From Felis catus (taxonomy: Eukaryota): a stretch of 64,000 nt of DNA. The DNA lies in contig NC_058368.1 of assembly GCF_018350175.1 (NCBI RefSeq), positions 173,602,001 to 173,666,000 of the forward strand. Reading direction: 5' to 3'. The notes under the pieces were generated by a model. It was given only the letters and a program-made list of their open reading frames with translations. It was not told the origin of the DNA and did not search any database. Of this stretch, positions 1 through 16,380 are shown one piece after another. The first letter of the stretch is position 1. Each line of letters opens with the position of its first letter. A program made the position numbers and the translations under genes.

Positions 1-1429
1 GATGTGTTACTGGCCTCTGGCCGTGGGGGATCCCTGAGGGGCTGTGAGGATTTGCTGAGGGCCTCTCAGGGGAGTAAGAGGGTCATCATGAGAGAAGACA
101 GGGCAGGGTTTTCCTGGGCCTGTAGTATCAGAAGTAAGAGTCAAGCCCAGAGCCCCTTCCTTGGGCATCCACCACCCAGTGTGAGCCAGCCCCTGCTGGG
201 GTGGGGGAGCAGCCCCATGGAGATAGCTAATGCTGTCATGATGCAATCTGGTAGCAGTCTTGCTGTGTAATAAGGAAGCCAAAGCAGCTGAGTGCCGGAA
301 GACAGGTCAGGGGGGTTCCGAGGAGGCAGTCTTTGAGCTGAACTTCAAAGGTTGAGCAGGATTTTGCCAGAGGTAAGGGGTGATGATGTTTTAAGTAGAA
401 TTGTATAGTCAGAGGTTTAGTAGCTTTAAAGTACATGACTTGATTGTGGGTGAATGCTTTCTCAGGGTGGAGTGGCCTCACTGTTCTCAGTGTGGCCTTG
501 GGCAAATCATTTCACTCCTTAGGCCTCGGATCCTCACCCATAAAATAAGGCCTTCCAATGAAGACTGGATGGTAGTGCATTTAAAAATTCTGGATCCCCT
601 TAGACCAGAGGGGATTATGGAGACATGCAGCAAAATGACTGACAGGGCTGTGTGTGAATTAAATGGTATGAAGTGAATTAGGGTAGGTCTGGGCCTGAGT
701 TCAGAGATGAGGGAGTTCAGTACAAAATGGAGACCCCAGAGCTTCCTGTAAGAGGTGAGATGAGAACAGAGCCCCAAGGACAGAGAAGAAGAATAGACTG
801 ATAGAAAGGAAGAGGGGGGGTATCTCAGGCAGGGAAGGTCAGCGGGTGCACCATCATGGTTGTGGGAGAAGGACTGGGGAGAGGTGAGCCTGAAAGGGTG
901 GGGGAAGTTTGTTAATTATAGCCCGAAAGGCAGGCAGCAGGGAGCCATTGCAGGTTCTGTCCCTACAGAGGCAAGCAGGAGGGTGGTTTTAACAATGTAG
1001 CATCTTCCAATGAGGGAAAGATTTTCTAGTTGCTTTTACATAGTGGGAAAAATAGAAGGTTGGGAGGGATATAGGAGAAGGGAGAGTTGATGATAAGGAA
1101 GTGGGTTAGAGAAAGGTATCATCGTGTACTTTCCCATTCATTCTCAAGCACGCCTAGTTTTAACTGATGGATAGAGTTTGGCAGGTAACATCTGTAGTAC
1201 TGCATCACGAACTTGATCTCCTGTGCTTAGACATCTGCAAACCACCCCTGGGTACCATCTTCGTTGCATTGCTGGCTGCACATCCACAGTGCTGTAACAG
1301 ATTGTTGCTGGTCTAAACAACACTTGGATAAGCATCTCTGTTCCCCAAACCTCCTTCTGGATTGTTTCCATTGGATACCTTTCCTGAAGGGAGATTTTCT
1401 GACTTTAAGGGAACTGATGTTTTAATGCC

Positions 1430-1659
1430 TTTTTTTAAAGTATGTTTTTTAAGTTGTTAATGTTTACTTTTGAGAGAGAGTGACAGAGAGAGAGAATGTG
1501 AACAGGGGAGGGGCAGACAGAGAGGAAGACAGAATTTGAAGCAGGTTCCAGGCTCTGAGCTGTCAGCACAGAGCCTGACGTTGGGCTCGAACTCGGACTG
1601 TGAGATCGTGACCTGAGCTGAAGTCAGACGCTTAACCAACTGAGCCACCCAGGCGCCCC
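1430..1659 (-). mobile_element. Can-SINE
   Basis: tRNA-derived head, (CT)n, A-tail; TSD tgttttaatgc at 1418-1428 and 1660-1670. Confidence 0.93.
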
Positions 1660-2599
1660 TGTTTTAATGCTTTACAAGATTTAAAACATACCTTTACAGT
1701 AATTTTCTTCACGATTTTCTATAGGCTATACTGTACATGTTTTTTTCTCTTTCTTTATTGTTATTTTTTCATCATGAAGAGTGTACTCTTTAACCCCCAT
1801 ACCCTATTTCACCCATCTTCCTCCCCAAATTGTACAGGGTTTTTTAAAAAGAGCAAATGTACACAAGCATATACAATAAAAAGTCTGTCCTCCTGACCCC
1901 ATACTCTCTTCCAGTTTTCTCTGAGGACAGTTGTTAGTTCCTGTATATCCTTCCAAAAATATTCTATGGAGATATCATATATATCCAATTTCAGAAAAAT
2001 TGATACATACTGTTACATTCTGTTCAGGAAATTGCTTTCAATTTTTATTTTTAAATTTGGGATTATGAAGTACACCAAAGAAGCATAGAAAATGACACCA
2101 CCACACCTCCAGTAGGCCAACACAAAGGTTTAACAAATATTAACGTTTTGCACTGGCATCTTGTTTAGGGCTGTCTTGCAGGTGGCCCTATGTCAGTGCA
2201 GCCCCATGCAGAAGAGTCCAGTTATTGTTTATTGCACACATCATTCTTTTCGGCCTGTGCCCAGCTCTGGGATAGAGTATTACTGATTTTTATTCTTAAA
2301 TAATCGATGTGGAGGTAATACCCTACTTTGTATAATGTCTGCCCCAGTATTATTAGGCAAAGGAGAACGAAGCTCGGTTTTGGTTTTAATTCAAATATCT
2401 GTTCAGCCACACTTCCTAGCTGTGTGACCTGGGGTGAGTGACGCCCCCCCCCCCCTTGATTCTCTTTACCCATCTGTAAAATGTCGTAGTCATCCCTCCG
2501 TCTCATCGCTGCTGGGAGAAGTACAGTGGAAAACTGAAGACTCCACTGGGCTTAGTTCCCCAATACTGTTAAAGCCCTCCGCTGGGGAGACTAAGCTCT

Positions 2600-4400
2600 C
2601 ATAGCCACGCGCTGAAAGCACCCAGAGCTCCCGACAACTGCGACTCAAGCTTCAAACTGTTCCCCGCCCCTTTCCCGGGCCACGCTGGGGGTGGGGCGGT
2701 TAAATGTCTCTGTGGCGTCAGCGCAAGCAGGACCAATCGCCCTGCCTCACAGGCGTTAGTTCGTTTGCCTGGGTTGCCCGCTATTGGTCCATTGGGCAAT
2801 CCAGGCCCTCCCAGCTTTTTAAAGCTGCCGCGTAGTATAAACAAGGAGATGTAGGGCGGCCAGGCCATGATGTCATCGCGGCGCGGTAGCTCTTGGGGCT
2901 GACGTCATCTCCGGGGAGGTTGCCGACCCAAGGCTGTTAGAGCCTTCCTAACCTACTCGGGCTGGCTTAAGAGGCCGCTCCTGCCCCGTCGAAGGTCAGT
3001 CCCATTGCACTTCAGTGTCTCAGGCGGCGCCCTGTCCCGGAAGAGAAGACCATGACACAGTAAGTCCGGGCTGCGGCTCTCCTAGCGGGACTCATTTCTC
3101 CGGCAGGGAAACTGAGCCTCAGAGGCGCGAATGGTTCGCGAGTTTGCATATCAAGTTCGAGCTGCAGCCGGTTGGCCTTGCCCAACCCGGGGTCTCCCAT
3201 CTTTAGCTCAGGCCATGTGGCCCCGCCCCTTGCCTGTGGTGACTGCGGTCACTTTAAGTGCGAAGGTGGGGGCAAGAAGGAGGTTTTAAAGAAAATCTGC
3301 CCTCAAGATGGCGTCCTATTAATCACGTGCCGAGTCGCCGCAAGTGATTGGCTCTCATGGCACCTGCGGGGCGGAGCTCTTGGCGGGGCTGCCGCGGGCA
3401 GCAGCCGGCTACTGTTTGCCGGAACCTCACGGCGCGCCCCCGCGAGCCCCCCTCCCGCCCGGCGCGCGACCCCGCCGCTTCGAATGTTGTGAATCAAATG
3501 TGGGGTTTGTTACATTCCGCTGCCGCCGCGGACAGTTCTTAAAGGGCCAGCGGCCCGCAGCTGCGCAAACCCGGCTGCGTCCTGCGCCGCCTCCCGCTCC
3601 CGGAGGGCCTGGGCTGAGGGAGGCAGACCGCGCGTGGGCCTCGCGAGGCAGACGCCGGCGGACCGACAACAAAGAAAGGGCCCCGGAAGGAGCTGTACTG
3701 CCCCCGGACCGGGGGGTGGGGAGGGGAGCACATTGTTCCGCAGGGCGGGGGCTCTTAAAGGGTCCAGGCAGCCCCCCTCCCCCCTGCCCAGCTTGGCCGT
3801 CCTAGATCGGGAACAAAGGAGCCAACGTGTGGCCTGGCGGCCGAAGGTGAGTAGGGGCCAGAGCCCCAACTCCCTATTTCCGCATCCCTGGAACTCCTTC
3901 CTCTCTCCCCTGGGGCTGGGGGCTGTGGTGTAGCTGGCTCTGCAGGGGTTAATCACGGGCGGTCCGGAGGGGGACGGCGAGACCTCTAGAATCAAGGAGG
4001 ATTACCACCACCACCTCCCCCTCCCGCAACCTCCCAAGGCCAGGTCGAGTCTCCCTTCTCCGGAGACTGAGTGTTGCGGTTGGAGAGGAAGGAGCCGCCC
4101 CCTCCCCCTGCCACCGCCACTTCCTTTGTTGTTGCTTTTGTCTCACGCCGAGCACATGGTCCGGGATCCTCGGCTCTTAAAGTCACAGCGCGCTGGCCCC
4201 AACGCCGCAGTCTGGCCTCCCGCCCCCGCCATGCCCTTCCGAGCACGGCACAAAGGAGTGAGAGGAGGACGTGGGAGACCCCTCTTCGGGCGGGTGTCTA
4301 CATCTCGGGCCCCACTATCCCCGGGTAAGGGAGGCTGAGTAAGCTCCCCAGAGCCCCGCAACCCGCATCGAGTTCGCGTTGAGGAGGGGCCGGCCCCTCA
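2600..4400. promoter_or_regulatory. CpG island / RNF44 promoter
   Basis: Dense CpG/GC content. GC boxes at 2662-2670, 2693-2699 and 3368-3376; CCAAT/ATTGG at 2733, 2783, 2791 and 3347; TATAAA 2836-2841; CRE TGACGTCA 2900-2907; YY1-type CAAGATGGCG 3304-3313; E-box CACGTG 3324-3329. Confidence 0.88.
3400..3846 (+). other. RNF44: Probable RNF44 non-coding exon 1 (start uncertain)
   Basis: Lies just downstream of the YY1/E-box/CCAAT/GC cluster and ends at a consensus donor AAG|GTGAGT. The TSS cannot be read from sequence. Confidence 0.55.
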
Positions 4401-6547
4401 GAACACTGGTTTCCCCTGCCCGCTAATGTGACCACCTGGTTTCTTGCGTCTTGTTTCTTCTGGCTTTATTTGGGCATTCTAAGAAGGGGAGATTTCCACC
4501 CCCATTTCACAGCTGTGACAACTGAGGCTCATGGAAGCAGAGAGATTTCCTTGATCAAGGTCATCTAGGGAACCTGGGCTGGCCAAGGACTCCTAGCCAG
4601 GAGCCTGATGGTCCTGCCCTCAGCTACCTCCAGGCAGCACATGTTGGGGAGCTCTGCTTGCCCACCAGGCAGTGGTGGCCTAGCCTGCCCCTTGGGGTGG
4701 AGGCGGCTTCTTATCCTGCCTGAGTCTACTCATGCTCTCAGAGGCTGGCTTTGCTTAACAGCAAAACAGCCCTTGTTCCTGCAAACATCACCCAGGGTCA
4801 AATGACTTGGCTGGGGCTCCCTAGACTAGGATTGGGATGGCTGTTTGGGGCCCTGGAAGTAGGGATTTGGCTACCTCCTGGGGGAGAGGGGTGGATGCAA
4901 AGTGTGGTTCCTGTTTCCAGGCAAGATTGGATTTAGGGATGGGACCCTCAAGACCCATTTGCCCAGACCTTAAGAGAGCACAGCACAGGACTGTGGAAAG
5001 GCAGAGGAATTGATGAGGGTGGTTACCTGGCCACCCTTGCTGTTTGACCTTGAGCAAGTTGATAGCTCCATCTCTGGGCCTCACTTGCGTCACCACAATA
5101 GTGTTAGTCATGGGTGCCTGAAACAAAACTCTTGAGATCCCCTTTAGGGACTGGAAAAAGAGACTTGGAATAAGGTGGTTATTGGGGATACTGATGCTAA
5201 TGAGAGAGTCAGGAGTTGGGGGCCTAGAGGGCTAGCCAGGCAAGACTAGTTCTGTTTCTCTGGCTTTGCGAGCTAGAGTAAGTTACTTCCTTTCTCCATG
5301 TCTCAGTTTCCTCAACTGTGAAGTGGGTGTGTCCCCTCTGTACAACTTGTGTTCTTGGTAGGACTTCCAAGAACCAGGTGCCCCTCACTTGCAGCTGGAG
5401 TTTTCCCCTAGGGAGGCACATTTCCCAGCTAGCACTTAGAGCGCTTGAAGTGGCATCTCATTTTTGCTTGTGAGCCAGAGTCAGCTAGGAGGTCAGCCTA
5501 TCTTAATTTCTGATAGTGATCATTCACACCTGAGCTTTGCAAATCACCTCTGCCCTTGAGCAGTCCTTGCCAGTCCATTGGGAAGTGGTTATTGGGCTGT
5601 TCCTATTTTATAGGCGAAGAGCTGAGGCTCAGAGAGGGGAAGCGATGTGTCCAAGACTCTGGCCAGAAGTTGGGGTATCATGTGTAAGAATGCAAGGGTT
5701 GATGCTTTCACCTTTGGCACCATCATCTACAGGTGGAGGCCCTTCTGTCTGCTGATCTGGTTTCTCAGCTCCTTGCCACTTACCTTTCCTGAGGAATGGG
5801 TGTTTTTGAAGGGGCTGGCCACAGAGAAGATTCCCATGTACCTGGGCCTCTGTGGCATCCACACCCCCCAGAGCTCAGCAGGGCAGCCAGCCTGGCACAA
5901 GAGGAACCATTGAAGCCACTGCCTGGATCACGTCCCAGTGCACTCACAACTCTGGCTGACAGGCCTTGGACCTCACCTCTCTGAGCCTCAGTGTCCTTAT
6001 GAGGGTTGCTATGAGGACTCAAGATGACACATGCGAGGTGTCATAGTTATTATTGTTAATATTCCTCATCAATAGGACTGTGGGCTCCCAGGATCTCTGA
6101 GGTCCATTAGAGCACAGGTTCCCAAACCTGGCTGTGTTGTAGAAACTGCTTGTGAATTTGATAGAAAATCTAGGTGTCCTTGTTCCCCAGCCTCCAAAGA
6201 TTCTGATCCAGAAGGTCTGGAGTAGCCTAGGAGTTTATTGTTTCAGATATTTGGGGGGTTTACTCTGAGTCTCTCTTGGCCTTTGTTTGCTAGGCTGGAT
6301 TGTCAGCAAGAATCAGGAAGGCTGTGTGTGTAAGGATGTGCCCTTGGCCCACACCAGGGGTTACAAACCTAGTTACCTATGGTGGGCAGGTAGGGAATGG
6401 GCCTGGGGTGGCCTGGGGGGAAGGCTCATGCATGCTCTGAGTGAGGGCGCCAAGCAGAAATGAGGGCCTAATGGAACCAGATTGTCTCCTTTTTTTTTTT
6501 TTTTTTTCCTTTCAGGGAAGGCCAGATTTTTATATAATCTCCCAATT

Positions 6548-6738
6548 GAAAAAAAAATTTTAATGTTTATTTTTGAGGGGTGGGGAGGGGCAGAGAAAGA
6601 GGGAGACACAGAATCCAAAGCAGGCTCCAGGCTCTGATCTGTCAGCACAAAGCCCAACATGGGGCTCGAACTCACTAACTGAGATCATGACTTCAGCCAA
6701 AGTTGGACACTTAACCGACTGAGCCACCCAGGCACCCC
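6548..6738 (-). mobile_element. Can-SINE in RNF44 intron 1
   Basis: Consensus body; TSD taatctcccaatt. Confidence 0.92.
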
Positions 6739-8307
6739 TGTAATCTCCCAATTTTTAATCATGGGCACCAACTTCATTGTTGGTAGACTGTGGCCTTGGA
6801 CCTGTGTGATTGGCTTTCTAGTGTACATTTCCCAGATCAGTACTGAACACAAGCTGGTCACTGGGCCCTGCCTGCCTTTCTGCCAAGTGCCAGAACTCAA
6901 GTTAGATGGGAGAAGTGTGAATTACAGCTCTTAACACTTCCTGGCTGTGGCCTTGGCCAGGCGCTGCCCTAGCAAGTGAAGAGCTTCCTCTGCAGGCTGG
7001 TTTTTTGCGATTTAGGGCCCAGGCTTGTAAAGCTTAGCACAGAGGAAATGTTCTTGCCACTGTTGGCAGGAAAAAACAAAATGTTGAGGGTGTTGTGTTG
7101 GTACACTGGCTCCCAAGCTGTGTCAGCAGGGAGGCAACACTGAAAGCTGGGTATCAGAGAACTCACCACAACCCTGGGTATCAGAGATGCATAGGAGTTT
7201 TGTTAGATGGAGAAGGGGTGGCTAGAGGGGGCCTTCCTGTGGCAGGAACAGCAAAGGGCTGGTCCTATTTGATGCAACCTTCGGCTTTGCAGGGCCTGAT
7301 AGGTTCCAGCATTCTCTCTGCCAGGGCCTCATCCCAGTGTCTGGAGTAAATAAATTGTGGCCCTGCAGCTTATCCCACTTGGACCCCCAACTCCTACCAG
7401 AGAGGAGACCTGCCCCACCCCTTTCCCTCCCAACTTCCTCCTTTAGGTTCTCAGTTCCCCTTTTTTCTCAGCAAGCCCCACCTCCATTCGAGGGCTGTGT
7501 TATGCCCCCAGAGCAGGGGCTTGCTGTATGCCAGACCCACCCATCCACCAGTGGCCACTTCCTTCATCACCTCCTGTGAAGCCCTTGGGCTGGACCCCTC
7601 CCTGCTGGCAGCAGGGTGCGGTGAGAGGCTTGTGGCCAGCTCACCTCCCGGCTTTGAACACTTGGACAAGTCTCTTCCTCTCTGTGAGCCTCAGTCTTCT
7701 CTTTCTTGAAATGGAGCTGACAGTGCCTTCCTTAAAGAGTAAATAAAATCACATGTGGGTAGACACTGCGGGAGCTGGTTATGGAAAGGTAGAAAACTAA
7801 CTTGAATTTGGAACCCCTGAGGGCAGGAGCCAGGTCAGAACCTCTTACCTGGCAATACTGGAAAGAGAAAGCCTGATTGGAATTGACCCCGAGCCACCCC
7901 AGTAGAAGGGAGGAAGCTGGAGTGCCCTTCCAGGAACCCCAGCTTCCTGGAGATTGAAGTTGTAGGCCTCCACACCAGGACAAGGTGCCCTGGGAACCCT
8001 ACTGTGAGGGAACCATGCTGGCCAGCCCTCCGAACTCACCACAACTCTGAATGGGAACTTGACCCCATTTCATAGAGCAGGAAACTGAGGCCTGGGCTCC
8101 CTGTCCCTGATCTGTCATCCCTAAACCCCAGTGCCAAGAAGGCCAGACCCAGACAGAGTACACACTACACGTGGAGCACAGGGTGTGATGGGCATCTGTG
8201 GCCCCTGGAATTGGACTCCTGAGATTTGATTCTGTCTCTGCAGTCCCTAATGGGGCAAGTGACTGGACTTCTTTGTGCCTCAGTTTGTTTATCTGTTTGC
8301 CTCCTAG

Positions 8308-11596
<3,289 letters not shown>

Positions 11597-13569
11597 GGCC
11601 CACAGCTGCCCAGGATAACCCTGCCCGAAGCTCTGGAAGCTCGGGTTGGGGGGACCTGGGGAGGACGGGGAGGGAGTGGCTCAGGCCTGCCCCGTCATTC
11701 CCGCCTGCATCTCCAGAGCTGGTGCCAGGGTCAGCCCCGAGAGAAGCCCCTGCAATAAGCCCCTGCATTTGCCAAGCTCCAAAGACTCCTGCCCCGATAT
11801 GCCTGCCAGTCTGCCCACCACGGAGCTGCCTGAGTGTCTCTAACTCAGTCTCCCTCCTGTTTGCCCTCAAGTCCGTCTCCTTTACCTGCCAGCCCTGGGA
11901 GCCAGGAGTCCATCCCCTACCCCAGTGCAGCTGGGGGAGATCCTCAGCCCCAGGGTGAGCAAAGGGAGCTCCATCCTGGGTTGCCTGGTCTCTTGCACTG
12001 AAATGGTGTGCCATCTGACTGGGTGGCACTGACAGGTGTGTGGACAGATGGTGGCATGAGGCCATTTCCTGAGCGCCCCAGGCCTGGGTCCTCCTGCCTT
12101 GACCCCAGACAGATTCAGGCAGCCAGCCCCACGCAGGCTGCTGTGAGGGGTGGGTCTGGCTCCCTCAAGGACTGTCACCCTGGTCACAACATTCCAGCCC
12201 CACCCCCAGGCTGGAGGGCATCAGAGCCAGCCTCCTGAGCAGGTGGGAGACAGGCTCTGAGCTGAGGTGGCATGTATCTTGAGGGGGCCTGGGCCATGCA
12301 GGGGAGAGTGACCTCCTGTGTTCCTCATGGCCACCCCTCCCTGGCATTGATGGGGGCCAGACCCATGCCCAATCTCCCCTCTCTGTTGTTTTGCATGAAC
12401 GTGAGGAGCAGTTTTTATTTATTCATTTGGCCCAAAATCGCGTGTAGGATTTGGGGGTGTGGATTTTTAAACAATTTATTTTCTTTTGGTTTAATGGGGG
12501 GATACAGGGACCAACCAGGACCAAGTGCCCAGGGGGCCGGGAATGGTCTGGTGGTGCCGCCTGGTCTGCATGCATGCGTGCGGCTGGGGCTGGGCTGGGC
12601 GGCTGGCGGTCACGGGTGGGGTTGGGGGGTGGTCTGTGCTCAGCTGATAACTGCCATGCACTGTACTGCACACGTCCCCAGAGCCTACCGGGACCGTACG
12701 CTTTTCAGGGCATTTCTCCCTCCAGCCAGGGCCCATCTCCCATCTGACTGGGCGAGTCTCCTCCTAGGAAGTCCCAGGAGGACAGGGACCAGGGAGGGCG
12801 TGGATCCCACCTCCAGGGGCCCCCTCCCAGCCTGAGCCCTGCCCTCCAAGGTCTGGAGGAGGCCCCCTGTAGGGTCTGGCTGAGCTCCCACCTTCTCCCT
12901 CCCTGGTCCCGTTCCTTTCCTGTCCTACCCCTAGCTGGGGTTGCTGCCCCTGAACGAACCGCGTGTGGGGCCGGCACATCCTAGCAGGCAGCCCCTGGCG
13001 CCTGCTGCCTCAGGGATGCTCCAACCACCCTCGTTCTCCCCGCAGCGGCCCTGGCTCCCTGCGTCCCCTCAGCCTGCCATGGGGCCCCATCAGCCTGGCC
13101 CCACCCCCGTGGAGAACCCAAAGTCTTACTGTATATAACTCCAGGTGACGTTTCTATATTTATAGCAGTGTTGAAACCCCACGTGTTTTACACAGAGAAC
13201 CACCCTCTCCAAACCCCCCCTCCCTTTCCCACCCCAACAAAAGGTTTTCAGAATCCTTAAGGTTCCTGGGGCAGGCGGAAACAGGCTCTCGGATTGTGTG
13301 TCGGCTGCAGCAATGATTCCAACGAGCAGCTATGGGGGGGAACACAACATTAAAAAAAAAATCATTAAAAAAAGATTTATAAACAATTATTTAGGATGTT
13401 TGTGATTTGCCGACCTTGCTATAGATGCCATGTTACCAATGATTTCCTGTGGTGGGGGCTTGTCATTGTTTACTCTTTTATTTACCAACTTCTGGCCTAG
13501 GCATGACAGTGGGCACCATCCCCCAGCCCTGGCTGGGCCCAGCACCTGTGTTCTGTGTTAGAAAGGTTT

Positions 13570-13605
<36 letters not shown>

Positions 13606-13614
13606 CATATATAT
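13570..13614. repeat. (TA)n microsatellite in the RNF44 3'UTR
   Basis: Interrupted tatata...cata run. Confidence 0.95.
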
Positions 13615-13943
13615 AAAAATATATGTAATTGGGGGGGCCCTGTTCCTTGCACATTTTACAGTTACCTCATTTTTCCCATGTATGTATTTGAGAAAATGCT
13701 AATATATAGAGAAAAAAATGGTTCTTAAAGCTTAAATGTGTGGTTTTTTCCATTCCATTGGATTCACATTGGTTTGTAGCATTTAACATAACTAGTATGT
13801 TGTATTATATATATGTGTATACTGATTGAAATTTTTAACAGATTTGTACTTTTTTTAAAATGAAAGTTGCTAGTTCTGCTTGACCAAGTAGTGCAATCAT
13901 TATTTTTTTTAATATTGTTGCTGATTTCAGAGGGATATTCACT

Positions 13944-13949
13944 AATAAA
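13944..13949 (+). terminator. RNF44 polyadenylation signal
   Basis: AATAAA followed by GT/T-rich downstream sequence (tgtgttcttttggtgg ~13995). Confidence 0.8.
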
Positions 13950-16163
13950 TGTATGATGTATATCAAGTATTGCCCAAGCTGCCTTTGGCTACCTGTGTTC
14001 TTTTGGTGGGAAGTGGGGGTAATAATGTCGGTCTGAGAGTGGGTAGGGGATAGGGATAAGGGGGGCAGAAAAGACTGTTCTGTGCTGTGGCACCTTGGGG
14101 GTACCTCCTGATCAAGAAGGTCTGCCAAGCCAGGTTAGTGATGACATTGTGGGCCATCTGCTTCACACTCAAATTAGGCAGGATTCTGTTGACAAGTGGC
14201 AGAATTCCATCTAATGGGTTAAGGCACTTGTTGGTCTGTCATTTAAATTTTGGAGGTAGGTTCTGCCTCAAGCATGACTGAATCGGGCTCAGGCATAGTA
14301 TAAGGAACCAAGACCTCCCCTCATTTTACAAGTTTGTTTTGAAGGAGCTGTTTCTGTGTGGTAGTTCTTGGCAGCTCTAGCTCCATTTCTTCTAGTTTAG
14401 CATAATTCCAGGGGAAAACCATTTTCCCCAAAAAATTCTAATGGGATTTCTGGGATGGAGTCATTAGACGCAACTTGAATTATGAGTGCATCCCTGAGCC
14501 ATCCGCTACCGTCTCAGGGAGCTACAACAGCATGATTGGCCTGGCTTGCATTACATACTCTCCCACCCACAGGCCCTACTCGGACTACATGGACTTGAGT
14601 CCCTCATCCTCAGGCTCAGTGGGGACAAGGGGCTTGAGAACCACCCAAGAGACCAGGTTGGTAATGCAGTTGCATTCCTCTTACCCATGATGGTGTATGG
14701 TGCTGCAGGGTTATCAGCTGACTTGTTAGCATGTCAAAGCAACATGGTCTGGAGCAGGAACAGTGGGCTGGGGTCAGGAGACCCAGGATCTGGTATCTGT
14801 GTGATGCCACTATCTGTAGCCTTGGTCAGGTCACTTTCCTTTCAGCTTCTGGATCATCTGCAAAATAAGGGACAATCAGTTGAGTGGTTCCCTATGTCCG
14901 TTTCAGAAAATGTGCTATGGGAGTGGGGGGGGGGGGCGGGGGGGGGAGGTTGGTTAAGAAGGGCTCTGTGGTTAAATAAGTTTGGGAAATTCCACACTAA
15001 AGGGTAACAGGAGCCTATATTGCAGGGCTTCTCTGAGCCTTGGCTATGCTGATGTGTTATAAGCTTCCAGGAAGTACTTCCTATGAGCAGTACGTCCTAC
15101 ATTTAGCTTGTTTGGCTACGGGCAATGTTCAAGTTGCATTTGCTGGAGTACACTGGGAAGTGCTGGACTAGACCAGTGGTAGCAACTGAGTTCCCAGGGC
15201 CCTAGTCTGAAGTCTAGGGAAGTTGCTAGACTTTTTTCAATATTTCAAAAAACCTGTGGGAGAAAAAATAAAAACATGAACTTACCAGTTGATGCAAAAA
15301 AAATAAAAAAAAAAAATACACCAAAATTCAACAGTTATGATAAAAAAAAAAACAACTCAGCAAGCTGGAAGTAGAGGGTAACTTCAATGGGATAAATAGC
15401 ATCTACAAAAAACGCAACAGCTAACCATATGTAATGGTGTGAAAGACTAGGTGCTTCCCCCTTGAGGTCAGGACTAGGCAAGGTTATCCACTCTTCACTA
15501 CTTGTACTCAACATCATACAGAAAGTCCTAGCCAGCACACTGAGATATGGCAAGAAAAAGGAAATAATATTAAGCCTACAGATTGAAAAGAAAATTGTCC
15601 CTGTTTGGAGATTTGACAACCTATAAATTATCAAGATCTCATGGAAATTTTAAAAATCCCAAGGAATATACAAAAAAACTAGAAATGAATTCATCAAGTC
15701 ATAGATTACAAGATGAATATACAAAAATTATATTCTACATAGTAGCAATGAACACATGAAAATCAAAATTCGAAACACAATGGTACTATATAATCACTCA
15801 AGAGATATGAAACATACATCTAACAAAACGTGTTATGAGATTTATATGTTGAAAATTAGAAAACACTAGATGAAAGAAATCAAAGATCTACATAAATAGA
15901 GAAACATGTCATGTTCTTGGATTAGAAGACTTGGCAGTAGGAAGGATACTATTTCTTCCCATATTAACCTGTGAGTTTAATGCAATTCCTATCAAAATTC
16001 TGGCAGTTTGTTTTGAGACAGACATTCTTACTTCAACATGCATATGAAAAGGCAAAGAAATAAGTAGCAAAGACAACCTTGAAAAAACAAGAATAAAGTG
16101 AGAAGAATCACTCTACCTGATTTGAAGAGTTACTGAAGAGCCACATTAAAACAATATGGTAGT

Positions 16164-16380
16164 GGGGCGCCTGGGTGGCGCAGTCGGTTAAGCGTCCGAC
16201 TTCAGCCAGGTCACTATCTTGCGGTCCGTGAGTTCGAGCCCTGCATCAGGCTCTGGGCTGATGGCTCGGAGCCTGGAGCCTGTTTCCGATTCTGTGTCTC
16301 CCTCTCTCTCTGCCCCTCCCCCGTTCATGCTCTGTCTCTCTCTGTCCCAAAAATAAAAAAAAAAAAAAAAAAAAAAAAAA
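16164..16380 (+). mobile_element. Young felid Can-SINE
   Basis: ggggcgcctgggtggcgcagtcgg head, long pure A-tail, TSD caatatggtag. Confidence 0.95.

Larger units (their letters stand above)
11597..13970 (+). other. RNF44: RNF44 3'UTR
   Basis: No interspersed repeats recognised from the stop codon to AATAAA at 13944; distal part is AU-rich. Confidence 0.8.

Noticed and set aside
1..2600. Possible CDHR2 exons or promoter (the neighbouring gene in human synteny)
   Set aside because: No cadherin-like coding sequence seen; the region looks like L2/L1/MIR/SINE remnants.
3012..4361. Many overlapping 60-160 aa ORFs on both strands
   Set aside because: Expected from stop-poor CpG-island sequence; low-complexity Arg/Pro/Gly/Ala content and no recognisable domain.
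14475..15007. 71-aa and 153-aa ORFs downstream of RNF44 as a possible extra gene or retrocopy
   Set aside because: No recognisable protein, poly(A) tail or TSD; part overlaps MIR-like sequence and a G-run.
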